The notes below the pieces were generated by a model. It was not told the origin of the DNA and searched no databases. It worked only from the letters and a program-made list of their open reading frames with translations. This document shows, one piece after another, positions 1 to 11,244 of a DNA stretch of 62,257 nucleotides. The stretch's first letter is position 1. Every line of letters starts with the position of its first letter. A program made the position numbers and the translations under genes. This DNA comes from Negaprion brevirostris (lineage: Eukaryota), in the NCBI GenBank assembly GCA_030324005.1, contig JARDVH010000073.1:27408775-27471031 (forward strand), read 5' to 3'.

Positions 1-537
1 CACCTTGATGTACTTTGCAGGATCCCCAGTCAATGGGAAGAGGTTCCTGATATCAGTAAAATGCATGTTAATAGGCCAGTTAATTACCTTAATTGATTGT
101 CTGCCTCTGATCAGAAGGCATCTGAGCTGCTGCCATTCCTGATTTTCAAAATAGACTGCGTTAGCAGAATGAAGTTGAGCTTTCCTCCCAACAGCTTTTG
201 CCACCATTTCTTTCTGCCTCCCAGCCCATCTCCAGAGGGCTTCTAAAATCTAAGCTACATTTTACTGTCATAGCCATGTCAACATGATTCATGTCAAGAA
301 ATAACATTTTACATATACACTTTGTTTAAAAAAATGTAGTAGGATAAAGAGATCGATGGCATAGCAACTTTGGAGCACTACACTTCCCATCAGTGTTACA
401 AATCTGAATGCCTACCTCAGCCGACCTTCAAAATACTGGAAAGTATTTAGCACTGCATGGCTGGACACTAAAATTAGGTCATTTATGCAAGTATGGAATA
501 GGAAATGTCAATTTGGTTCATCAAACAGGAACAAATG

Positions 538-840
538 CAGAACCAGGGTTCATAGTCTAAGGATATTGGATAAACCTTTTAGGACTCAGATGAGGAGAAA
601 TTTCTTCATGCAGACAGTGGTCAGCCTGTGGAATTCACTACCGCAGAAAGAGGTTGAGGCCAAAATATTGTATGTTTTCAAGGAGCCAGATATAATTGTT
701 GGGATGAAAGGGATCAAGGATATTGGACAGCGAGGGGAAGGCGGGATCAGGCTGAGTTGGATGATCAGCTATGATCATAATGAATAGCACAGCAGACTCA
801 AAGGGACAAATGGCCTATTATTCTTATCTTCTATGTTTTA
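538..840 (+). mobile_element. CR1 (HER1-like) LINE, 5'-truncated 3' end
   Basis: ORF 485..787 reads RTRVHSLRILDKPFRTQMRRNFFMQTVVSLWNSLPQKEVEAK, the typical CR1 ORF2 C-terminus, followed by a CR1 3'UTR (gactcaaagggacaaatggcct...ttctatgtt). Confidence 0.9.
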
Positions 841-1608
841 ATATGCCGCAACAAACTAAAACCTGAGATCCTTGAATCTTCCTCCTTATCAAACAAAACA
901 CTCATCTACCAATTTTCTCTATAAGCACATTACTCAAACATGACCAGTCACGTGATGCTAGTAACTCTTTCAAAAGACCCAGTAGTACGTGAATTACCAA
1001 GCTCCGTGGAGTTGGTGATGGTCTATACCAAACGATATAACCATTAAACCTGTTTGAAACAGGCATTTATCTCGCTGTTCTTTCTGAAAATTGCGATCGG
1101 TGCTTTTGCCAGAAACCTATTCAACATGTGCACAATCTATTTCGTGGGAGAGGGAATCATGAGATTTGTTGGCTCTGGNNNNNNNNNNNNNNNNNNNNNN
1201 NNNNNNNNNNNNNNNNNNNNNNNNNNNNNNNNNNNNNNNNNNNNNNNNNNNNNNNNNNNNNNNNNNNNNNNNNNNNNNTTTACACTAGTTCTGTGAGTAC
1301 AGCACAATCTGAAATACTTGCTTAGGCTTTCGTTAGGCAGCCATTCTAGCAATACATGGAAACTCAGTTCTGAGAACCTTCAAAACTATTTTTAAAAATA
1401 TCCTTGCTGCTGTTTGTCAATGATGTTTGAAGACAGGGTATTTGAAACTGCATGCAATATGGCAGACTTTCAGCTTAACTTTCTTTGGGGAACATTCAAT
1501 TCCTATGACAAACAGGAAACGGAAATGAAGATCTAATGGGTCAGATCTCCTCAATCTATTATGGGGCCTTGGGACTTCCCCACAATATTGTAACAGTACT
1601 CAATGTTT

Positions 1609-1842
1609 TAAAGTTTATTTATTAGCATCAAAAGTAGGCTTGCATCAACACTGCAATGAAGTTACTGCGAAAATCCCCTACTTGCCACACTCTAGGGGAA
1701 TTTAGCATGGCCAGTGCAACTAACCAGCATGTCCTTTGGACTGTGGGAGGAAACCAGAGCACCTGGAGAAGCTCGTGCAGACACAGGGAGAACATGCAGA
1801 CACGTAGAGAATGTGCAGACTCCGCACAGACAGTGACCCAAG
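1609..1842 (-). mobile_element. HE1-like V-SINE, tail class B (head lost in gap)
   Basis: V-domain (ggactgtgggaggaaaccagagcacctggag...gcagacacagggagaac) plus tail aagtttatttattag...aacactgcaatgaagttactg shared with the copies at 38548, 42717 and 58841. Confidence 0.88.
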
Positions 1843-1942
1843 NNNNNNNNNNNNNNNNNNNNNNNNNNNNNNNNNNNNNNNNNNNNNNNNNNNNNNNNNN
1901 NNNNNNNNNNNNNNNNNNNNNNNNNNNNNNNNNNNNNNNNNN

Positions 1943-2114
1943 GTTCACTAATGTCCTTTAGGGAAGGAAATCTGCCATCCTTACCCGGCCTGGCCTACAT
2001 GTGACTCCAGTCCATAACAGTGTGGTCGACTCTTGACCCTTAAGGGCAATTAGGTGTCAGCAACAAATGTTGGCTTTGCCAGTGATGCCCACATCCTGTG
2101 AAAGAATGAAGAAA
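1943..2114 (+). mobile_element. SINE 3' half with tail shared with the LINE at 29975-30512
   Basis: gttcactaatgtcctttagggaaggaaatctgcc...gtgactccag body; tail aagggcaattagg...gcccacatcctgtgaaagaatgaa matches 30440-30505. Confidence 0.72.
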
Positions 2115-2164
2115 GAGGACTGAATGGACTTGTGGCTCTTTTCCTGTCTGCTTCTCTAGGTTTT

Positions 2165-2298
2165 GATGCGGAGATGCTGGCGTTGGACTGGGGTTGGCAC
2201 ATAAGAAGTCTCACAACACCAGGGTAAAATCCAACAGGTTTATTTGGAATGATGAACTTTCGGGGTGCTGCTCCTTTATCAGGTGAGACTTCTTACCA
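2165..2298 (-). mobile_element. Short Penelope-like (PLE) terminal-repeat element, family 1, with degenerate hammerhead core
   Basis: Shares gagatgctg.cgttggactggggt...aagaagtctcacaacaccagg with the copy at 48131 and the aagtctcacaacaccagg motif with 40741. Minus strand reads cac-ctgataa-aggagcagcacccc-gaaa-gttc. 12-bp TSD tctctaggtttt (2153-2164) / tctctatgtttt (2299-2310). Confidence 0.72.
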
Positions 2299-2362
2299 TC
2301 TCTATGTTTTAACGCTCTCTGTTTATACAGTAAGTGGCAAAAACAGGTTATAATGGAACCCA

Positions 2363-2440
2363 CAGAAACATAGAAAATAGAAGCAAGAGTAGGCCATTCA
2401 GCCCTTCAAGCCTGCTCCGCCATTTATTATGGTCATGGCC
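2363..2440 (-). mobile_element. CR1 3' tail fragment
   Basis: aaacatagaaaatagaagcaagagtaggccattcagcccttcaagcctgctccgccatt is the reverse complement of a CR1 3'UTR end. Confidence 0.75.
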
Positions 2441-2473
2441 TCTGAATGATTTTGAAATCAGTACCAAAGTACA

Positions 2474-2796
2474 ATAGAATCACAGAATCCTACAGTGCAA
2501 AAGGCCATTCAGCCCATCGAGTCTGCACTGACCACAATCCCACCGAGATCCTATCCGCACAACCCCTTGCATTTTTCCTAGCTACTCCCCTTGATGATTA
2601 GGGGCAATTTAGCATGGCCAGTCCACTTAACCCACACATCTTTGGACTGTGGGAGAAAATCGAAGCACCTGGAGGAAACCCATGCAGACATGGGGAGAAT
2701 GTGCAAACTCCACACAGTCAGTGACCCAAGTTGGGAATCGAACCTGGGTCCTTGGCATTGTGAGGCAGCAGTGCTAACCACTGTGCCACAGTGCCA
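2474..2796 (-). mobile_element. HE1 V-SINE, near full length, tail class A (CR1/HER1 tail)
   Basis: Minus strand: tRNA-derived head with A box (tggcacagtggttagca) and B box (ggttcgattccc), V-domain, and CR1-type tail (gatgggctgaatggcc...ctgtaggattctgtgattct). Confidence 0.92.
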
Positions 2797-4044
2797 GGAA
2801 CGTAAATAGTATAAGTAGTGGAAAAAAAACATTTCTAATTTACTGTCTGACTCTCTTTGCACCCACGTGTATGCAAAAGACAGGATGCCTCAATAAATCT
2901 AGTCGAGCCTTACGGCATGGCCATCATGTAAAGATGGAGAGTAGAAAAATCTTTCATTTTTCTACACGGCTCAGGTCTCTTATCTTTGACCCTGTAGGTC
3001 AACTGTGTGGTTTCTCTTTGAAAACCATCAAGAATTGAATGTCACTCTCGTGTCTTGGTAACCAGAACCGGATATAGATCTTGTCGAGTTTTAGCATGTC
3101 TTCCTCTGACTTGGAGTATAAATTTATCAGTGCCTGGTTCTGAGAAAGGATATTGGTGATGCAGTCACAACACATGCTTGAAACAGATAACCCAAACACA
3201 AGACTTAATTAATATTAACTGATTAACTTCCAGAGCTTACGCTTCATTCACAGGCAGCTTTGTCCATTCATCAACATGAATGTGCCATAAAATCGGGAAA
3301 TAAGGGGTCAGCTGGAGCACTATGGAGATGGTGAACCATTTCTTCTCCTGGCTCCACAGCAATGATTTTTAAAAATGTTTCTATGAAACCTTACCTGGTA
3401 CAGGTGGATATAATGGTCTTCAGTGACTGAAGAATGTCAGGTGGAGAAAGTCTGCCTCCTGTCTACTCTGCAATATCAAATTTAATAGAAGGAGATAAAA
3501 AGAAATGTATGCCACTAATTTACAGATGTGAGAAGCCTTACAATTGATTTAGGCTGTTGCCAGGGTTGCCTCAAAAATCGCCTGAAGCAATATCGTACCA
3601 GGCATCTCTGCAGTATCTTTTGGACATGGGACATTGACCCAATGAGTTCCAACCTGTCCCATCTGAGTACATAATTTACCATTCCACTTGGTATGTTAAT
3701 TGCTGAAGTGATTTGTTTAGAGTTTCTGAATTCAAATTGTTGATGTAAATTGAAAGCAGTAATGTGTTGAACTCTGAACTAGTNNNNNNNNNNNNNNNNN
3801 NNNNNNNNNNNNNNNNNNNNNNNNNNNNNNNNNNNNNNNNNNNNNNNNNNNNNNNNNNNNNNNNNNNNNNNNNNNNNNNNNNNNNNNNNNNNNNNNNNNN
3901 NTCCAGTCAATGGCTTAGATCCTTGCCCCTTCTACAAGATTATACACTATATTTCTATCCTGAATAACGATTCACACTGCTTACTTGGTGTGGAGCTTTT
4001 TGCCCCAGTACACTATTTTGCAGTGCCAGAGGTGGCCCTTCATT

Positions 4045-4196
4045 GACTGGTGGCGGGATCCTTTAGCCCTACTGCTGTCGATGGCTTATTCCGTAGCTTG
4101 AACCATTCTACAGCCAGGGAACTTGCCATGAGGGGAGGTGGTCACCACTGGCAGGACCCAAATCCCGCCAGCGGGATGAGCCAGAAAACTATGCCC
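4045..4196. mobile_element. GC-rich MITE fragment (Harbinger-type TIR family)
   Basis: Internal inverted motifs tggcgggat / atcccgcca; right end ccagaaaactatgccc resembles the TIR of the other MITEs. Confidence 0.4.
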
Positions 4197-5179
4197 TTGG
4201 TTACTGTTGTACGTATAATCTCAAGTTTCAGACCCAAAATATCTATGATCTTGAAGTACAAGGATTCATGGGAACACCACCTTATACAAATTCTCCCCCA
4301 TGCCACTTACCATCCTAACTTGGAACTATTGCCGGTGACACCAAAATCCCATGAAGGAATAAAAAATTATTTTTCCTTTCCAATAAACAAATACTAACTA
4401 TGTTCAACAACTCCTTAATTGCAAGGGTGGCAGGGGGAAGAGGATGGTTAGCAGATACCTTATAATAAATTAATGTTTTGCTGCCATATTATTTTAAATG
4501 TTCTTTGGAATCAAAATAATATAATCCAAAACCCTAGTTTTTCCCAGCAGAATTTGAACAGCATTTTTGAAGATTGTAACGCAGGCCTATGAAAGTTAGC
4601 GAGGAAGTCAATGGGATGAAAATTGGGACTGTAGCTGAGCCCATGCAATTATGTCCTCTGGCTGTGATAATTGGTCTCCATCAGCTACAACCATCTTCTT
4701 GGACAGGTTTCCCTTTGACCCTCATTGACTTCAATTTTGCTAAGGCTCCTTGCTGGGATCTCAGGTTGAACATTGGCTTGATGTCAAGAACAGCTGCTCT
4801 CCACTCTTCTTGGCACTCAGTTCTTGCATTCATGTCAGAATCAATTCTGCAGTCATCTCTGCTGTTGAATGATTCTGTCGGAACCCATACAGAGTGTGCT
4901 GACATCAGCCAATTCAGGTATAGGTGTAGTTCCCTTAGGTGCAGGTGTGCTGCAGTCCCCCAACAGGGACTATGTTAACATCCACAGTTGTTTCATGTGC
5001 ATGTCATTAATGCGCCAAGCACCTGAAGTATTACCCTGGGACCTCCCTGATGGTATCTAAANNNNNNNNNNNNNNNNNNNNNNNNNNNNNNNNNCACATC
5101 AGATTCTAATTACTGGTGTACTTTCCCTTTGAAAAATTGCTCAAATACAAACATTCTAAATCGCACAATATGAAACACA

Positions 5180-5317
5180 GGGCGGGATGTTCCGGTTTCA
5201 CCAACCTCAAAATCGGAAATTCCTGCTCAAGATCAAAAGACCTTTAAAATGGTCCATCAAATTGTCCATTCTGCCTGTGAAGAATCCTACAGTAGGCAGG
5301 ACTGGAAAATTTGCACC
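5180..5317. mobile_element. ~140-bp MITE, family M1
   Basis: Ends gggcgggatgttccgg / ctggaaaatttgcacc; internal ggaaattcctgctc motif aligns with 7219, 19622 and 52599. Confidence 0.6.
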
Positions 5318-6578
5318 AAAGTATTTAGAGTTTTTACTCGTCCACACTAAAGAAAACCACTGTGAAATATACTGCACTTATTTACAATGTTTTTTTTTCA
5401 TCTTGTTGCCAGATGTATTTTTAGCTTATGGTATAACAAGGATGCAAAATCAACATTAGCGGGGTATGATTTATAAGCCCACATTACTGCTGACCACCAC
5501 AGGTCACGTCCAGTCAAGCAAGCCAGCTGACTTAACAGACGTCAATCAAATTACACAGGTTTTGGTGCTGATTATATTGAAAGTGGCGCAGCCTTCCTGA
5601 AGAAGTAGCCAACAAAGTTTTAACAGTTTACAGATGATACAATGATGGAAGTGACATTGGGATCTGGTTCTGTAATAGTCGATTCTCTCACTAAGTAACA
5701 GGATGCCCATTTTGAAAGGCCAAGAACACTGAGGTACAGTTTATTTGCAGCACCATACTTCTGCAGCTGTCAAGATAAAAATGGCTGAAGGGCCCTCTCT
5801 CTTTATCTGCCTCTCCTTGGTTTTCTGTACAATTTGTTATAATTATGATGAAGAAAAGTTAATGAAGGCGAGGACACCTTGGAGTCCTTTCGAGCATGAC
5901 CTCGCCCTGTGTTCCCTTGCCCCAACTCTCAGTATTATACACCGGATCACCTGCTTTCTCACCCCCACATACCAGCTTAGATACTTTCAGCTGAGGGCAA
6001 TTAGGTGGTGTTCGTGAGGATGTGGCACTGGATGATACCACAGAGGCCAAGAAAACCAAAGGTATGGAGAGAAAAGGGACTGGGTGAGGAGAATGCTGTC
6101 CACTGCTTTACGGTCATTAGACCCCAAACCTCATACATACTCCTTGGATGGGATTTTACAGCCTCACTGGTCCCAAAATCATAAAATCCCACCCAGTCAA
6201 CAGACCTTTCCATGTTCCACCCCTAGTCTTGGTTTTTCACTTCACCAATGTGGAGCAAAGTGTTCTCCGGCTTAATGTTACACAGAAGTCCAGGCAAGGC
6301 ACAAGAGTGAAGATGGAGAAAAAGGGACATGGAAGTGAGGACTCTGCTCAAAGCACTTCCACTGTCTGCCCCAGTCAGTTTGTCAGTGCCCCACCTTTTG
6401 GCTCTTGTTCTGATGGGCTGTCTTTGTCGGGGCCCTCAAAGGCTCCAAAGCCCAGAAGACATCAGCCAGGAGCATCTGAGGGAAGAGGTTTATACACAGT
6501 TGGCACCTACCTCTGGTGAAAGCACAGGGCTGCAACACCTTGGAGTAGTACAGAAAGGAAAAATATAGAATTGTAATT

Positions 6579-6890
6579 AAAACAGACAATGCTGGAAAAT
6601 CTCAGCAGACCTGGCAACATCTGTGAAGAGTGAAACATTGGCTGGAATTTTCCAGCCATTTCCGTCAGCAGGATCTTCCAGAAGATCCTGCCAATGGCAA
6701 ACCCTGATGCAGGTTCCCTGGCAGTGATGGGTGCAAACAATGGTGGGACCGGAAGATCCTGCTTGCCTCTGCTGTTGCAAAAACATGCCACAGGGGTGGG
6801 GATCCTGCTGAGAATTAGCGTCAAGTCCTATGAGACTTCAGCAGAACCTTTCTTTCAGCATTTTCTGTTTTTATTTCAGATTTACAGCAT
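6579..6890 (-). mobile_element. Penelope-like terminal-repeat fragment, family 2, interrupted by a MITE
   Basis: aaaacagacaatgctggaaaatctcagcagacctggcaacatctgtgaagag is the reverse complement of the motif at 61385-61435. Minus strand at 6815-6848 reads gtt-ctgctga-agtctcataggact, a degenerate hammerhead core with stem II. Confidence 0.62.
6640..6815. mobile_element. GC-rich MITE nested in the PLE fragment
   Basis: Starts ggctggaattttccagcc (family TIR); internal gcaggatcttcc / ggaagatcctgc inverted repeats. Confidence 0.55.
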
Positions 6891-7218
6891 TGTTTTTATT
6901 ATAGTAAATAATTGGAGTTGCACAATGGAAGGCACATGAACAGTTAACACATTGTTAGATTGTTAGGTTTTTGCTTCATTTTTCTGTAAGACTAAAGCTG
7001 TTCGTTTGCACCATTTTCTGTATTGTCCATTTTTTCTGTTACCTGGCAAGTAACTTTCATTTGTAAAAATGAACAATGGGTGTTTGTACAGTGATGCTTT
7101 GTTGATTGTAGTTTAGTTTTTTTAATTGGGAGAATGGGAGACCAGATTTTGACAGCCAGGTGAGTTCATTCCTTCATCCTAACTGAAGCATGCCAAAATT
7201 AAACCACCATAGGCACCC

Positions 7219-7346
7219 ATGGATTTTCCAGCTGTGCTTGCCCCAAAACTGGAAAATCCTGCCCGAGGTCAACGGATCTTTGCATGGTCCGCCCTCCTGT
7301 CCGCCATGGGAATCGTATGGTAGACAGACTGGGAAAATACAGACCC
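7219..7346. mobile_element. MITE family M1
   Basis: ggattttccagctgtgcttgccccaaaactggaaaatcctgcccgaggtcaacgga...tgcatggtccgccc aligns with the 19622 copy. Confidence 0.62.
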
Positions 7347-8314
7347 CCACCCCCCAGTGTGGTCAGCATTCCTGGAGCTGCAGTTCTTGCTGTTGCAATA
7401 TGCTGTGCAAGGGTCAGCACACCTCTATCATTCTGCAATAGCTGGACTAGTGCATACTGATGGGTGCCCCACTGGTTAGCCACTGGAAGCATATTTTCAG
7501 TATCCTGATTATGTTCAACGATAGCTTTCATGTTCAGTTGGTTTTGATTGAATCTCTCTTTGACTGCTACAGGATCAAAGCATCACCATGGCATCTCCAT
7601 AGAAATCTTGCATAAACATAGAAGATGACCTTTATGGGGTTTCAAATGAGCTGCTCATTGAAGTATTTGTGATTAATAAAGACTCCAGAGTGACCTGGGG
7701 CTGGGCTACCACACATACACTGTCCATGATTCGCTACACTTGTGGATGCCAGTCAGAGCCACATAGTCATTCTGACTGGTCTTGTTGGTAGCAAACTGTG
7801 CATAATTCCAGGTCCTAACATGCATAGTACTGGTCACCTGTTTGATGCATTAGTGTGCAGAAGATTGCAAGGTTCTGCAAATATCTCCTGCAGGTCCCTG
7901 GATGGAGTAAGAGGCAAATAAATTAAAGGCAATGGCATATTTTGCAACAACTGATAATGCGTGCCCACCTGCTCCATTTGACAGGAGGCTGCAAATGTGC
8001 TTGGATGTGTCCAGGAAGCTGATCCTCTGACTAAACCCAGTGTTAGAGGCATTGCCTCCTGCAAGTTGCATCCCTATGCTGAACACATATGAAGCAGTAG
8101 GCTGAAGAGAAGGTTGCAGTTATTCCTACTGCTCACCTTGGTCCTTATCTGAAGCCCAAGGTAAAGCTGCATTCATGCTGCCCTGCTATTTCATAGATGC
8201 TAAGTGTAGACCAAACACACACAACTCCAGATATCTCCAAGGTATTGGAAATAACCTCCAAGGTAGCACAATCTCAGAACGAGTGCTGTCAGCAAAGTTC
8301 TTTCACTTAGGAAG

Positions 8315-8418
8315 GAATCGTAGAATCACAGAACTCCGACAGTGTCGGAAACCATTCAGCCCATTGAGTCTGCACTGATAACAGTCCTACCCAGGCCCTA
8401 TCCCTGTAACTCCACGTA
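8315..8418 (-). mobile_element. HE1 class A / CR1 tail fragment
   Basis: agaatcacagaactcc...ccattcagcccattgagtctgcactga...cccaggccctatccctgtaactccac matches 2474-2560. Confidence 0.75.
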
Positions 8419-9799
8419 GGAAGGTAGTTGTGTAGCCTGTGTACTTAGAGAAACTTTTGACTGCTGTTGGTTCAGCTCCTCAATCCCTATTGTCCTCTCA
8501 CTTTGCTTTCACTGATGAGCTCCAGGAAATCTGAAAAACCCTCGGCATTCAATTTAAAAACACAAAACCGCTGCCAATTGCCTTTTGTTTATAGTAACAT
8601 TGGAAACACCTCTCCTAGGGGATATACACCATGTAGCCAAATGCACTGACATTAAAGCTGAAAGTAAATGGGTTGCTGCCAGAAATTTCAATTCTTTTAG
8701 CTTGCTCCTAAATCCACTCACCTGTTAGGCTAAAATTTCCCCCAACTTGCTTCCAGCTTCTCTTCTCCCTTGATAAGTGCAGCTTTTTCTATTTCGTGGC
8801 CTACCACTTAATCTTAATTACAAAAATGAGTGAACTAGATGAAGGCCAGCAACCCAGAAGTGTGCACCTTGTATGATGGGAGAACGGAAGTAAGAGATTT
8901 AACGTTATTCAGTTGAGGTTTTTGAGCCATGCAAGTCAGTAATTGCTGTTCGTGTGGCTGGACGCAAGAATACTCGATTGCAACCTACTGCCTCACCCCT
9001 AATCAGAATGCATTCTGAATGATTACTTGAACAATCTATTTTAGTGTGTGAAGAGTGCGGGTGTTCAGCAAAAAAGAAATGAGTGTGACATTTTTCTTAT
9101 TTTGACCGCTTTGATCAGTTCTTAAGCATTGAGTNNNNNNNNNNNNNNNNNNNNNNNNNNNNNNNNNNNNNNNNNNNNNNNNNNNNNNNNNNNNNNNNNN
9201 NNNNNNNNNNNNNNNNNNNNNNNNNNNNNNNNNNNNNNNNNNNNNNNNNNNNNNNNNNNNNNNNNNNNNNNNNNNNNNNNNNNNNNNNNNNNNNNNNNNN
9301 NNNNNNNNNNNNNNNNNNNNNNNNNNNNNNNNNNNNNNNNNNNNNNNNNNNNNNNNNNNNNNNNNNNNNNNNNNNNNNNNNNNNNNNNNNNNNNNNNNNN
9401 NNNNNNNNNNNNNNNNNNNNNNNNATGTTCCTTTCTTACCTGCAGCTATAGTTGTTGAAATCCTCAACTGGAACTAGCGTTTCCAAAGCTGCTCTCCAAT
9501 TTCCATGCACCCCAGCGAATTACACCCATTTTCTGAGTTACTACTCCAGTGTATATGCCAATGAGCTCATCAAGGGACTGCTCATGTAAATACTCATCCT
9601 ACCATCAGCAGGTGCAACTATTTTCCACTGGAATGAAAGTGGAGCAGTGTTAAAATGTAACTCACTGCATAAAATTTCAAGACAAGGAGGTTAATTGCAC
9701 ATGACACAGCTTGTCTGTCCCTGGTGAAAACATTGAGGTTTGCCTAAAACACAAGTAATTTTGAGGTGTCTATACAGTCGTAATTTCACGAAAGACCAT

Positions 9800-10480
9800 G
9801 GCCGGAATTCTTCCAAAAAAATTCTAAGTGTCGAATTCATGTGAAAGCTGGAGTAATCCATGCTGTTTTTTTTCAATGGGAGTTCAGAGGAGAATCTCCC
9901 ACGTTCAGTGGGCAGGGCCTATTCCCGCTGGAGAGGCCGGCAGCATAGCATTGAGTGGGGCACTACACATGCGCCACTCTGTCAGCACTGGGATCGGTGC
10001 ACACGCAGTGGTCCCTGACTGCCAGCCTACCAATTGCTGGCCAGCTTCGTGATCCCTACAAAGCCGTATGTGAGACCTCCACAGCTCAACTGCTGGCCCC
10101 CACGACCACTGCCGGACCAGTCCTCCCCCGTCCCCCCAACACCCTGATTCCCCCCCCCACCAAACAGTAACACCCCTCCACCCTGCCACCATCCCAACCT
10201 TCACAGCAGGCTGATCCATCTAACAAACCCCCTCCCACTCTGCCCCCTAGCCCTGCTGCCTTGGCCCTGCTCCATGGCTGATGGGCAGTGGCCCAGGCAT
10301 TGGCACTCTCCCTGTTGGGCCGTGCCACTGGCAGAGGCTGGTGCTGCCAAGGTGGCAATACCCAGGGGCATCCCCCACCAACCTTGTGGGGGGGCACCAA
10401 TTGCCCCCCTTCACTCCACCGGGGTTGGGTCGCAAGCTCCCCGAAAGTAGGGAGTTATGCTAAACCCCGCTGGAGAGGCC
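9800..10480. mobile_element. GC-rich non-autonomous DNA-transposon remnant (Harbinger-like TIR)
   Basis: Begins ggccggaattcttcc (TIR-like); abrupt GC-rich island with tggcac/gtgcca motifs also seen at 47375-47740 and 51278-51770. Confidence 0.5.
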
Positions 10481-10599
10481 ACAGTGACAAACAGGGCTCA
10501 CAATTAAAACTGTATTGCTACTTTTTTTTCTCAGCTACCTGCTTTTTTTGGAGCTCTTGTAGATCCAGTGTAATTGCAATTTCAAGCAGGTGAATTTTT

Positions 10600-11140
10600 A
10601 TAACTAAAGAGAGGTTGCTATCCTATACAGTATAGATGGATAGGCAACATTATGGTCAATCTTTCTTGATAGAGCTATTACTTGGATCTTGTCAGCACTG
10701 AAGATACACACCATTTATCCAGCCACTGTCTAATTTTGTCTACATCCACCTGCAGTGATTCAGATGCTACTCGATTTCAGATGAGAACTAAACTACTCTC
10801 TAGAGGGTGGCTTCANNNNNNNNNNGTTACTTTTGCTGATACCAATCAGATAATTAATGAAGATGTGAAACAGAAAGAGATCAAGCATAATTTTCAAATT
10901 GACCTCCACGTAGATATTGCACAAAGACAAGAAATATCCATTTATAATGATCTGGTTTGCTCCCTCAAAGTCACAGCCATTTCAGCAGTTCAACAGATAT
11001 GTTACAAGAAGTTCATTTTTAAATGTGAGGCTGTAGCATCACATCCTATCACACAGTCTTGACTATTGCTTTAAATTTCTTTGTTTGATGACAAAACTTT
11101 GGGACTGTCAGCATGTAGTTAAAATGTTATGACGATCTAT
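10600..11140 (-). mobile_element. Highly decayed LINE reverse-transcriptase remnant (CR1/L2 group)
   Basis: Minus-strand segments read QIIINGYF...LFLFHIFINYL and SLQVDVDKIRQWLDKW, resembling the RT motifs RVVING, LFxIFINDL and LQxDLDxxxxWxxxW. Confidence 0.5.
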
Positions 11141-11215
11141 TCATTGGTGGAGATGCTGAAGACTAGTTGAAACAGGGTCCAGGCATCCATAAATAATTGG
11201 GGGGTGGGGGCGGGA

Positions 11216-11244
11216 GGTGTTGTGGTGGTGGTGGTGGTGGTGGT
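11216..11244. repeat. (GGT)n microsatellite
   Basis: ggtgttgtggtggtggtggtggtggtggtt. Confidence 0.9.

Noticed and set aside
8505-8545. CTGATGA...GAAA hammerhead-like string
   Set aside because: No stem II or stem I pairing and no PLE context.
9129-9467. Long ORFs in the track consisting mostly of X (also 16414, 39484, 40560, 46629, 56565)
   Set aside because: Artefacts of translating N-runs.
9905-10593. Overlapping ORFs in a GC-rich island, possible CpG-island promoter
   Set aside because: Explained by a GC-rich transposon remnant with few stop codons; no gene follows.
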